Assembly (NCBI RefSeq): GCF_000017305.1 | Contig: NC_009664.2 | Coordinates: 2,790,001-2,822,000 of the forward strand | DNA length: 32,000 nucleotides | Reading direction: 5' to 3' | DNA from: Kineococcus radiotolerans SRS30216 = ATCC BAA-149 | Lineage (GTDB): Bacteria; Actinomycetota; Actinomycetes; Actinomycetales; Kineococcaceae | Shown: in pieces, positions 1 to 7,934 of the stretch | Numbering within the stretch: the stretch's first letter is position 1 | Layout of the letters: every line of letters starts with the position of its first letter | Notes under the pieces: generated by a model | Databases searched by the model: none | The model's input: only the letters and a program-made list of their open reading frames with translations | Told to the model about the DNA's origin: nothing | Program-made: the position numbers and the translations under genes

Positions 1-1
1 G

Positions 2-259
2 AACACCGCCCTGGCCGTCGTGCTCACCCTGGTCTCCGGCGTCCTCGGCGCCACCGTCGGGCCCTGGCTGCTCGACCGCGTCCGCGTCGTGGACCCGCGG
101 GCCCGCGGTTTCGCCCTCGGGGTGGCCTCGCACGGCATCGGGACCTCGCGGGCGCTGGCGGAGTCCGACGTCACCGGGGGGTGGTCCAGCGCGGCGATGG
201 TCCTCAACGCGCTGGCGATGACGGCCGCCCTGCCGGTGGTCGCGACGCTGTTCCGCTGA
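2..259 (+). CDS. LrgB/CidB-family membrane protein, 3' end only (5' end lies upstream of the window)
   Basis: Frame is open from the window edge (nt 2) to TGA 257-259. Hydrophobic C-terminal segment contains GFALGVASHGIGTSRA, which I recognise as LrgB-family-like. High GC3. The GTG at 20 in the ORF track is probably internal. Confidence 0.7.
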   Translation, partial: NTALAVVLTLVSGVLGATVGPWLLDRVRVVDPRARGFALGVASHGIGTSRALAESDVTGGWSSAAMVLNALAMTAALPVVATLFR

Positions 260-280
260 GGCCCGCGCGGGGCGCGGGCC
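260..280 (+). terminator. GC-rich hairpin immediately after the LrgB-like stop codon
   Basis: ggcccgcgc (260-268) / gcgcgggcc (272-280) form a perfect 9-bp inverted repeat with a 3-nt centre. No U-tract, as is common in high-GC actinobacteria. Confidence 0.4.
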
Positions 281-456
281 CGCGCACCGGCGCCCGCTCT
301 GCGGGGGCTGTGCGCTCGTTGTAGCGTGCGCATCGAGAACACCGGCGCAGCCGCTGCGTCGTCCGGCCGAACAACGGCCGGCGCTGCCCCCTGTCCACCG
401 TGCGCGACCCGGCCGAGCCGGGGCCCCCACCCGACAGCAGGTCAGTGGCTCCTGAC

Positions 457-475
457 GGGACGTCCTCGACGTCCC
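457..475. promoter_or_regulatory. 19-bp perfect palindrome GGGACGTC-CTC-GACGTCCC just upstream of the SBP ribosome-binding site
   Basis: gggacgtc (457-464) and gacgtccc (468-475) are exact reverse complements. It lies 10 nt upstream of GGAGG (486-490) and 21 nt upstream of ATG 496. Either an operator candidate or an RNA hairpin. Confidence 0.3.
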
Positions 476-495
476 CCGAAACCCCGGAGGTCCCC

Positions 496-1833
496 ATGCC
501 CCTCGGCAGCACCGCTCCCGCGCGCCGTTCCGTCCTCTTCGGCTTCGCCGCCGCCGGTTCCCTGGGGTTGCTGAGCGCCTGCGGCGCCGGGTCGGAGGTC
601 AGCGGCGCCGGGGAGAGCGCCGCGGCCGGCGGCTGCGACGTCGACGCGCCCACCACGGCGACCACCGTCAACGTCCTCGCCTACGCCAGCACCGCGACCG
701 ACCCGTTCTCCAAGGCGATGTCCGACGGGTGCACATCGGGTGAACTCACGGTGGAGCTCCCCCCGACCGACCTCGCCGGGCAGCACCAGCGCGCCGTGCA
801 GAGCTTCTCCGGCCCGACCGCGAGCTACGACATCGTGGAGACCTACGGCAGCATCCGCCCGCTGTACGCCGACCGCGGCTGGGTCGTCCAGCTCGACGAC
901 ATGATCGCGGCGAACAGCGACCGGTACGCCCTCGACGGGATCGACCCGACCCTCATGGAGGCCGTCGCCTACGACGGGAAGCAGTACACCCTGCCGACCT
1001 TCTGGGGCGTGGCGGTGATGGTCTACCGCAAGGACGTCCTCGAGCAGGTCGGCAAGCAGGTCCCCACCACCTTCGCCGAGCTGATCGACACCGCGCAGGC
1101 CATCAAGGACCAGACCGACATCTCCGCCCCGCTGGCGATCCCCTTCAACCCCTCCGGCGACATCGCCAGCCAGTTCAACCAGGCGCTGCACTCCCTGGGC
1201 GGCGACCTGTTCGTCGAGGGCCAGGCCGTCCCCGCGCTCGACGGCGAACTCCCCGTCAAGGCCATCACGGCCCTCGCCTCGCTGCTGCCGGTGATGAGCG
1301 ACCAGGTCATGAGCTTCTCCTCCCCGGAGGTCATCACCCAGCTGCAGACCGGTCAGGCCGCCCTCGGGCTGCTCATGTCCGGTCGCGTCGCGGACCTCAC
1401 CGACCCGGACAAGAGCAAGTTCGCCGACCAGATCGCCTTCGCCGTCCCCCCGTCGGTGGAACCCGGCGGGCTGCCCATGACCTACCTGTCCGTCGACGGC
1501 TTCTCCATCGCCGAGAACTCCGCCGTCGACCACGAGCTGCTGTTCCAGCTGGCCTGCGTCGGGACCGGCGAGGGCGCGGCGAAGGCCGCCGCCAGCGCCA
1601 CCATCCCCGCGCGCACCGACATCGCCGACGCGGCCGAGCTGCCCGTCAAGGAGGCCGCGCTGGCGACGCTGCCCGACGCCGAACCCCTGCCCCAGGTCCC
1701 GTACATGGCCGACGTGTACACCGCGCTGGGGGCCCCGATCGGGGCCGCCGTGAGCGGGCAGACGAGCGCGCAGGAGGGGGCGGCGGCGGCCCAGGCGGCG
1801 GCGGTGGCGGCCATCGCGTCCGCCGGGTACTGA
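496..1833 (+). CDS. ABC transporter substrate-binding lipoprotein (family 1 / CUT1 sugar-type SBP)
   Basis: ATG 496 is preceded by GGAGG. The N-terminus MPLGSTAPARRSVLFGFAAAGSLGLLSACGAGS has an RR n-region, an h-region and an LSAC lipobox. Length and overall pattern fit extracellular solute-binding protein family 1. Two permease genes follow. The in-frame GTG at 400 would place 32 non-signal residues before the signal peptide, so I rejected it. Confidence 0.88.
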   Translation: MPLGSTAPARRSVLFGFAAAGSLGLLSACGAGSEVSGAGESAAAGGCDVDAPTTATTVNVLAYASTATDPFSKAMSDGCTSGELTVELPPTDLAGQHQRAVQSFSGPTASYDIVETYGSIRPLYADRGWVVQLDDMIAANSDRYALDGIDPTLMEAVAYDGKQYTLPTFWGVAVMVYRKDVLEQVGKQVPTTFAELIDTAQAIKDQTDISAPLAIPFNPSGDIASQFNQALHSLGGDLFVEGQAVPALDGELPVKAITALASLLPVMSDQVMSFSSPEVITQLQTGQAALGLLMSGRVADLTDPDKSKFADQIAFAVPPSVEPGGLPMTYLSVDGFSIAENSAVDHELLFQLACVGTGEGAAKAAASATIPARTDIADAAELPVKEAALATLPDAEPLPQVPYMADVYTALGAPIGAAVSGQTSAQEGAAAAQAAAVAAIASAGY

Positions 1834-1836
1834 GCG

Positions 1837-2700
1837 GTGCGTCGCAAGGACTTCCTGACCCTGGCGGGGCCGGCGGTGGTGCTCATGGCGGCCCTGCTGC
1901 TCGTCCCGCTGGGGACGACGCTGGTGTGGAGCTTCCAGAACGTCCCCGTCGGCCAGCCCGGCACGTTCACCGGGCTGGCGAACTACCGGGACCTCCTGGG
2001 CAGCCCGAGGTTCCTGGACGCGGCGGCGTTCACCGTCGGCTTCGCCGTCGTGGCCACGGCGCTCAAGGTGGCCCTCGGGTACGGCCTGGCGCTGCTGCTG
2101 ACCCGGGTCCGGCGGGGACGCACCGTCCTGCTGGGGTTCCTGCTCGCCTCCTACATCGTCCCCTCCGTGGTCGGGGCGCTGGACTTCTCCTGGATGTTCA
2201 ACGACGTCTTCGGCGGACCCGTCAACCGGGTGCTCGACGTCGTCGGGGTCCAGGTGAACTGGCTGGTCGACACCTGGCCGGCGCGCGCCCTCGTCGTCCT
2301 GCACTCCCTGTGGCACGAGGTCCCCTTCGTGGTCCTCGTGCTGCTCGCCGGGTTGCAGACCCTGCCGCCGGAACCGATGGAGGCGGCCAGCATCGACGGG
2401 GCCGGCTGGTGGCAGAAGCAGCGCTACCTGGTCGTCCCGGCGCTGGCGCCGGTGTTCACCTTCGTCCTGCTCATCTCGCTGATGGACGGCCTGAAGGTGT
2501 TCGACTCGATCCGCATCATGACCCCGGCGGCGCAGCAGCTGGGGACGGAGTCGTTGATGACCTACGTCTACCAGGTCGCTCTCGGCGACAGCTTCCGCCT
2601 GGGCGCGGGCAGCGCCGTCAACGTCCTGACGATGGTCGTCACCCTCGTCCTGCTCATCCCGTTCCTGCGGTCCACCTGGAAGGGGGCGCGAGCCCTGTGA
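1837..2700 (+). CDS. ABC transporter permease (MalF/UgpA-like)
   Basis: GTG lies 3 nt after the SBP stop. Six predicted TM segments. EAA loop: MEAASIDGAGWWQKQRYLVVPALAP. Confidence 0.9.
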   Translation: MRRKDFLTLAGPAVVLMAALLLVPLGTTLVWSFQNVPVGQPGTFTGLANYRDLLGSPRFLDAAAFTVGFAVVATALKVALGYGLALLLTRVRRGRTVLLGFLLASYIVPSVVGALDFSWMFNDVFGGPVNRVLDVVGVQVNWLVDTWPARALVVLHSLWHEVPFVVLVLLAGLQTLPPEPMEAASIDGAGWWQKQRYLVVPALAPVFTFVLLISLMDGLKVFDSIRIMTPAAQQLGTESLMTYVYQVALGDSFRLGAGSAVNVLTMVVTLVLLIPFLRSTWKGARAL

Positions 2701-2750
2701 GTTCCACCGGAACCCGGCCCACCGCCCTCACCGTCTCCCGCGAGGAGGGC

Positions 2751-3611
2751 ATGGCGGCCAACCGCCGCGCCCGCGCCGCCAAGGTGCGCCGCGAGCGCCT
2801 GGGGACCCTCGCGGCGACCGTCGTCGTCGCCGTCGTCGTCCTGGGGATGCTCACCCCGTTCGCGTGGGCGGGGCTGACGGCGGTGAAACCGTTCTACGCG
2901 GCGTTCACGAACCCGCCCACCTGGGCGTTCACCCCGCAGTTCGACGCGTTCACCGACCTGTGGCGGGGGACGAACTTCGCGGCGATCCTGCTGAACACGG
3001 TGTTCGTGGCGGTCGCCGCGGTCCTCGTCATGCTCGTGGTGGGGGCCCCGGCGGCGTACGCCTTCGCCCGCTACGCCGGGGTGATCGGGCCGGTGCTGCT
3101 CGTCCTGGCCGTCGTGCTGCGGACGGTGCCGCGGTTCGCGGTGGTCCTGCCGCTGTACGAGGCGGCGCGCTCGGTCGGCCTGTACGACACGAACATCGCC
3201 CTCGTCGCCGCGTTCGTGGCGGTGAACATGCCGTTCACGCTGCTGCTGCTCGTGGGGTTCTTCCGCGACATCCCGGTGGAGCTGGACGAGGCGGCGATGG
3301 TCGACGGGTGCAGCCGGCTCGGCGCGTTCCGGCGGGTCATCGTCCCCGTCATGGGGCCCGGGCTGGTCACCGCGGGGGTGTTCACGTTCCTCGTGGCGTT
3401 CCAGGAGTACCTCATCGCCCTGACCCTGACGCAGAACGACGCGGTGACCATCCCGGTGTTCATCGCCGCCCAGCGCGGGGCCGACGAGACGTCGACGTAC
3501 CAGCTGCTGGCCGCGGCCAGCATCGCGCTCGTCCTGCCGATCGCGTTCATCGCGGTGGCCGCCCGCCGGTACCTGGTGGCCGGTCTCGGCGGTGGGGCGG
3601 TCAAGGGGTGA
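2751..3611 (+). CDS. ABC transporter permease (MalG/UgpE-like)
   Basis: C-terminal 286 codons of track ORF 1926..3611. ATG 2751 is preceded by GAGGAGGG (2743-2749). EAA loop: LDEAAMVDGCSRLGAFRRVIVPVMGPG. An alternative in-frame start is GTG 2697, which overlaps the upstream stop (GTGA). Confidence 0.87.
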   Translation: MAANRRARAAKVRRERLGTLAATVVVAVVVLGMLTPFAWAGLTAVKPFYAAFTNPPTWAFTPQFDAFTDLWRGTNFAAILLNTVFVAVAAVLVMLVVGAPAAYAFARYAGVIGPVLLVLAVVLRTVPRFAVVLPLYEAARSVGLYDTNIALVAAFVAVNMPFTLLLLVGFFRDIPVELDEAAMVDGCSRLGAFRRVIVPVMGPGLVTAGVFTFLVAFQEYLIALTLTQNDAVTIPVFIAAQRGADETSTYQLLAAASIALVLPIAFIAVAARRYLVAGLGGGAVKG

Positions 3612-5101
3612 TCCCCCCCGTCGTCGGGCTCGGGGCCGTGGACGCCGCGGCCCGGCTGGCGGCGGGGGCGGTGACCTCGGTCGGGCTCGTGCAGGCCTAC
3701 CTGGACCGGATCGCCGCCTACGACGACCCCCACGGCGACCAGCCCGGTCTGCGGTCCGTCGTCGTGGTCGGCCCGGACGTGCTGCGGGTCGCGGCCCGGC
3801 GGGACGCGGAACGGGCCGCGGGCGTCGTCCGCGGCCCGCTGCACGGGGTGCCGGTCCTGGTCAAGGACAACTGCGCCACCCGCGACCTGCCGACCTCGGT
3901 GGGCAGCGTCGCCCTGGCGGCGTACCGGACCCGCGACGACGCCGTCGCCGTGCGCAGGCTCCGCGACGCGGGGGCGGTCGTGCTGGGCAAGACCAACATG
4001 TCCGAGTTCGGCTGGCACGGCACGTTCACCCGCTCCTCGGTGCGGGGGGAGGCCCGCAACCCCTACGACCAGCGCCTCAGCACCTCGGGGTCCAGCGGGG
4101 GCACGGCGGCCGCGGTCGCGGCGAGCTTCGCGGCGGCGGGCCTGGGGACGGACTCCTGCGGTTCGATCCTCGGCCCCAGCGCGCACCAGGGCCTGGTGGG
4201 TTTCCGCCCGACGGCGGGTCTCGTCCCGGTCGAGGGGGTCGTGCCGCTGTCGGCGCGCCAGGACGCCGTCGGCCCGATGACCACATGCGTCGCCGACGCC
4301 GCGCTGCTGGCGTCGGTGCTCGCCGCGGACCCGTCCCTGGGCGCCGGTCTCACGGGGACCGCGCTGCGGGGCAGGCGCGTCGGGTACTTCCACTGGGACT
4401 TCTCCCGGGCGACCCCGCGGGGGCCGCGGCCCGGGACCGGGCAGGTGACGGCCCTGGTGGACCGGGCGGTGGCCGACCTCGCCGCCCGGGGGGCGGAGGT
4501 CGTCGAGGTGCCCTTCACGCGGGAGTTCGTCCGCGACCGCCTCGTCAGCGGCGGCTGGATGGACGTGCGGGCCGGCATCGACGCGTTCTTCGCCGCGACC
4601 CCGGCGCGCTGGCCGGAGGGCCTCGCCGACCTCACCGAACCTCGCGGCCGGCTCACCTTCGCCGACGTCGTCGCCGACGGCCGCTGCTCGCTGGCGCCGG
4701 AGACGATCGCGTCGTGGCTGGCGATGCCGGACGTCCCGAACCCCGCCCACGACGCGGCCGGCGCGGCGCAGGAGGCCGGCGCGCGGGCGCTGGACGCGTT
4801 CTTCGCCGAGCACGGCCTGGACGCGCTGGCCATGCCGACCTCCGAGGCCCCGGCGGCGGAGGGCTGGGCGGGGACGACGTTCTGCGACGTCGCCGCGAAC
4901 ACCGGCGTCCCCTCGATCTCGCTGCCGGCGGGGTTCACCGCCGAGGGTCTCCCGGTGGGGCTGGAACTGGTCGCCCCGCGCGGGACCGACGCCGTCCTGC
5001 TGGCGATGGCCCACGACTACGAGCGGGCCACCGGGCACCGTCGCCCGCCCGGCACCGTCCCGGAACTCCCGCACCACGGGAACCCCCACCGCCCGCGGTG
5101 A
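3608..5101 (+). CDS. Amidase-signature (AS) family amidase
   Basis: GTG 3608 overlaps the permease stop TGA 3609-3611 (GTGA). AS elements are visible: VPVLVKDN (Lys), TSGSSGGTAAAVAA (Gly/Ser-rich stretch) and GTDSCGSILGPS (nucleophile Ser region). About 497 aa. Confidence 0.88.
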   Translation: MIPPVVGLGAVDAAARLAAGAVTSVGLVQAYLDRIAAYDDPHGDQPGLRSVVVVGPDVLRVAARRDAERAAGVVRGPLHGVPVLVKDNCATRDLPTSVGSVALAAYRTRDDAVAVRRLRDAGAVVLGKTNMSEFGWHGTFTRSSVRGEARNPYDQRLSTSGSSGGTAAAVAASFAAAGLGTDSCGSILGPSAHQGLVGFRPTAGLVPVEGVVPLSARQDAVGPMTTCVADAALLASVLAADPSLGAGLTGTALRGRRVGYFHWDFSRATPRGPRPGTGQVTALVDRAVADLAARGAEVVEVPFTREFVRDRLVSGGWMDVRAGIDAFFAATPARWPEGLADLTEPRGRLTFADVVADGRCSLAPETIASWLAMPDVPNPAHDAAGAAQEAGARALDAFFAEHGLDALAMPTSEAPAAEGWAGTTFCDVAANTGVPSISLPAGFTAEGLPVGLELVAPRGTDAVLLAMAHDYERATGHRRPPGTVPELPHHGNPHRPR

Positions 5102-5116
5102 CCCCGCGGGCGGTGG
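5086..5116. terminator. Perfect 13-bp hairpin between convergent amidase and MFS genes (bidirectional terminator candidate)
   Basis: ccaccgcccgcgg (5086-5098) / ccgcgggcggtgg (5104-5116), with loop tgacc containing the amidase stop codon. It ends 6 nt before the MFS stop (5123-5125). Confidence 0.55.
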
Positions 5117-5122
5117 CGTGGG

Positions 5123-6628
5123 TCAGTGGGCGGTCGCGGGTGCGGGGACGGACCCGACCGCGGCGAGGCGCTCGCGGCGCACGGCGTGCCGGTTGATGAG
5201 GCCGCCGGAGACCACGGCCACGAGCAGGGCCGCGATCGCGGCGCCGGTGAAGGCGACGTGGTAGCCGTGCAGGACGGCGTCGGCGGGCGCGCCGCCGTAC
5301 CCGGCGACGGAACTGGCGAAGACCGTCGACAGCAGGGCGGTCCCGATGGAACCCCCGATCTGCTGGAACGTGTTGACGCTGGCGCCGGCCGCGCCGGCGT
5401 CCTCGCGGGCCACGCCGCTGGTGGCGGTGTTCATGGCCGAGGAGATGACCAGGCCCATGCCCAGGCCGGTGACCACGAGGGCGGGCAGGACGGTCCCGGC
5501 CCAGGTGCTGTCGACGTCGGTGCGCAGGAACAGCAGGATCCCGGCCGTCGCGACCAGCCCGCCGGTGCGGATGAGGACCTTCGGCCCGACGCGCGGCAGC
5601 AGCCGGGGGGTGATCTGCGTGGCCGCCGTCATGATCGAGAACGGCATGGGCAGGAACGCCAGCCCCGTCTCCAGGGAGGAGAACCCGAGGGTCTGGCTCA
5701 GGTAGTAGGTGAGGAACAGGAAGATCCCGAACATCGCGACCCCGACGAGGCCGATCGCGATGAGCGCGCCCCCGCGGTCGCGGTCGCGGACGATGCGCAG
5801 CGGCAGCAGCGGGTTCGCCACCCGGGACTCGACGAGGACGAACGCCGCGACGAGCAGGACGCCCAGGGCGAGGGAGGCGATGGTCACCGGGTCCGACCAG
5901 CCGGAGGTCTCGGCGGAGGAGAACCCGTAGACGATGCCGACGAGGCCGAGGGTGATGGTGACGGTGCCGGCCAGGTCCAGGCGCGGGCGCGGCCCGCGGA
6001 CGGGCTTGGGCACGAACAGCAGCGCGCCGACGACGCCGAGGACGGCGAACACGACGTTGACGTAGAGGCACCAGCGCCAGGACGAGTACTCGGTGAGCAC
6101 CCCGCCGAGCAGGACCCCGGTGGCCGCGCCGGAACCGGCGATGGCGCCGAAGACCCCGAAGGCGCGGGCGCGTTCGGCGGGGTCGGTGAACGTCGTCGTC
6201 AGCAGGGCCAGGGCCGAGGGGGCGAGCAGCGCCCCGAACACCCCCTGCAGGGCGCGGGCGGCGACGAGCTGGCCGAAGTCCGCGGCCAGGCCGCCGACGA
6301 CGGAGGCGCCGGCGAAGCCGACGAGCCCGATGACGAAGAGGTTCTTGCGCCCGAACAGGTCCCCGAGGCGCCCGCCGAGCAGCAGCAGCGACCCGAAGGC
6401 CAGGGAGTAGGCGGTGACGATCCACTGGCGCTGGCCGTCGGCGAAGCCGAGGTCGCGCTGGGCGGAGGGGAGGGCGATGTTGACGATGGTGGCGTCCAGG
6501 ACGACGGCCAGCTGCGCGATGCCGATGACGGCGAGCACGAGCCAGCGGTGGTCCGGCGGGGCCAGGTGGCGGGCCCGGCCGTCGGCGGCGGGGGCCGGGT
6601 CGGCCGTCCGGGCGGTGTCGGAGCTCAC
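5123..6628 (-). CDS. MFS transporter, DHA2 (EmrB/QacA-like, 14-TMS) drug:H+ antiporter family
   Basis: N-terminus HRWLVLAVIGIAQLAVVLDATIVNIALPSAQRDLGF is the typical DHA2 TM1 motif, and LGGRLGDLFGRK is MFS motif A. About 14 hydrophobic segments. GTG start is preceded by GGAGA with a 5-nt spacer. Divergent TetR neighbour. Confidence 0.9.
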   Translation of the reverse strand: MSSDTARTADPAPAADGRARHLAPPDHRWLVLAVIGIAQLAVVLDATIVNIALPSAQRDLGFADGQRQWIVTAYSLAFGSLLLLGGRLGDLFGRKNLFVIGLVGFAGASVVGGLAADFGQLVAARALQGVFGALLAPSALALLTTTFTDPAERARAFGVFGAIAGSGAATGVLLGGVLTEYSSWRWCLYVNVVFAVLGVVGALLFVPKPVRGPRPRLDLAGTVTITLGLVGIVYGFSSAETSGWSDPVTIASLALGVLLVAAFVLVESRVANPLLPLRIVRDRDRGGALIAIGLVGVAMFGIFLFLTYYLSQTLGFSSLETGLAFLPMPFSIMTAATQITPRLLPRVGPKVLIRTGGLVATAGILLFLRTDVDSTWAGTVLPALVVTGLGMGLVISSAMNTATSGVAREDAGAAGASVNTFQQIGGSIGTALLSTVFASSVAGYGGAPADAVLHGYHVAFTGAAIAALLVAVVSGGLINRHAVRRERLAAVGSVPAPATAH

Positions 6629-6678
6629 GGGGTTCTCCAGGGGGTCGGGGGGCCGGCGGCGGGCGGGGCCGGCTGAAG

Positions 6679-6734
6679 CGGACGTCTCGCGTCCACTTCC
6701 GTCAGCCTACACGCAAACGGACAGGATGTGTCCA
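6679..6734. promoter_or_regulatory. Two copies of a 17-nt imperfect palindrome CGGAC(G/A)-N5-(C/T)GTCCA in the MFS/TetR intergenic region (TetR operator candidates)
   Basis: cggacgtctcgcgtcca (6679-6695) and cggacaggatgtgtcca (6718-6734). Same half-sites, same 5-nt spacer, starts 39 nt apart. Located between divergent start codons 6628 and 6765. Confidence 0.4.
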
Positions 6735-6764
6735 GTTGTTCCCGGCGGCGGGTACCCTCGTCCC

Positions 6765-7412
6765 GTGACCACGACCGCCGTCCGTCCCCTGCGCGCCGAC
6801 GCCGCTCGCAACCGGGCGCTCATCGTGGACGCGGCGCGACGGCTGTTCGCCGAACGGGGCCTCGACGTCACCCTCCACGACGTCGCCGAGGCGGCCGGGG
6901 TGGGCGTGGGCACCGTCTACCGCCGCTTCCCGGACAAGGACGCGCTGCTCGCCGGTCTCGTCACCGCCAAGTACGAGACGCTCGTCGAGCTCGCCGAGCG
7001 CGCCGCCGCCCGCCCGAGCGGTCGCGAGGCGCTGCGCGAGTACCTGCTGGGAGCCATGGAGCTGCGCGCCAGCGACCGGTCCCTCTCGACGGCCGTCATG
7101 CGCGCCGCCCCCCAGACCGAGCAGGCCCTGGCCCTGCGCGCCCGCCTGTCCGAGGTCGTCGGCGGCGTGGTCGAGCGGGCCCACGCCGAGCACGCCCTGC
7201 GGGAGGGCTTCACCGCCGACGACGTCCCGGCCGTGACGTCGATGATCGGGTCCATCGCCGACCGCACCCGCGGGGAGTCCCCGGACGCCTGGCGGCGCTA
7301 CGGCCTGCTCATCGCCGACGCCGTCTGCCCGCCGGCGGGGGAGCTGCCGCCCCTGGTCGGCGAGCCCCTCCCGCCGCCCACCTCGGGCACCTGCGCCGCC
7401 CCGCGCCCCTGA
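6765..7412 (+). CDS. TetR/AcrR family transcriptional regulator
   Basis: C-terminal 215 codons of track ORF 6414..7412. HTH region: RNRALIVDAARRLFAERGLDVTLHDVAEAAGVGVGTVYRRFPDKDALL. GTG 6765 lies 6 nt after a TACCCT (TAnnnT) hexamer, suggesting a leaderless start. Confidence 0.87.
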   Translation: MTTTAVRPLRADAARNRALIVDAARRLFAERGLDVTLHDVAEAAGVGVGTVYRRFPDKDALLAGLVTAKYETLVELAERAAARPSGREALREYLLGAMELRASDRSLSTAVMRAAPQTEQALALRARLSEVVGGVVERAHAEHALREGFTADDVPAVTSMIGSIADRTRGESPDAWRRYGLLIADAVCPPAGELPPLVGEPLPPPTSGTCAAPRP

Positions 7413-7424
7413 CCGGGGGCCCGC

Positions 7425-7934
7425 TCAGTCCCGGCCCACCCCGCGGGTGTGCTCGAAGATCAGGCTCGTCTCGGTGAGCCCCACGTCGGGGTCCTGGGAC
7501 AGGTGCTCGGCCACGAAGTCGCGCAGCGCCGCGGTGCTCTCCACCGCCACGTGCAGCAGGTAGTCGTCGGCGCCGGCGACGAAGTAGACGTCCACCACCT
7601 CCGGCTGGCGGCGCATCCGGGCCACGAAGGGGCCCATGCTGCCCCGGGCGTGGGCGGCGAGCTTCACCGCGATCATCGCCTGCAGGTCCAGCCCCAGCGC
7701 CGCGGGGTCGATGTCGGCGTGGAAGCCGCGGATCACCCCGGACTCCCGCAGCGCCCGCACGCGCAGCAGGCACGTCGAGGCGGCGATCCCGACCTGCTGG
7801 GCCAGGGCGGCATTGGTGATCCGGGCGTCGTCGGCCAGCACCCGCAGGATCGCGCGGTCCACGGGGTCGACCACCCGCTGAAGCTTCTTCGGCGGGACCG
7901 GGCCGGACACGGGGCGCGTCGAAGGACCTTCCAC
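7425..7934 (-). CDS. Lrp/AsnC family transcriptional regulator (AldR-like by context)
   Basis: DRAILRVLADDARITNAALAQQVGIAASTCLLRVRALRESGVIRGFHADIDPAALG covers the HTH_AsnC and RAM domain start. Divergent from alanine dehydrogenase. The start codon is uncertain: GTG 7934, or the internal GTG near 7907. Confidence 0.85.
   Translation of the reverse strand: MEGPSTRPVSGPVPPKKLQRVVDPVDRAILRVLADDARITNAALAQQVGIAASTCLLRVRALRESGVIRGFHADIDPAALGLDLQAMIAVKLAAHARGSMGPFVARMRRQPEVVDVYFVAGADDYLLHVAVESTAALRDFVAEHLSQDPDVGLTETSLIFEHTRGVGRD

Noticed and set aside
400-495. In-frame N-terminal extension of the SBP from GTG 400.
   Set aside because: It would put 32 non-hydrophobic residues before an otherwise perfect RR/lipobox signal peptide. 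ATG 496 has a GGAGG site at the correct spacing.
442-2316. 624-aa minus-strand ORF antisense to the SBP and first permease. Similar cases: 3071..5089 (-), 5126..6676 (+), 13576..15696 (+), 18890..20530 (-).
   Set aside because: These are Arg/Gly/Pro/Asp-rich, low-complexity translations with no recognisable family. They lie exactly opposite genes that have clear family signatures and proper GC3 bias. Long stop-free antisense frames are expected in DNA above 70% GC.
1926-2750. Upstream portions of merged track ORFs: 1926..3611 before 2751, 2864..5101 before 3608, 12803..15670 beyond 13447, 27207..30107 before 27789, and 30765..31451 before 31089.
   Set aside because: These segments overlap the preceding, well-supported gene in another frame. 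Recognisable homology begins only at the internal starts, several of which form GTGA or ATG-proximal coupling junctions.
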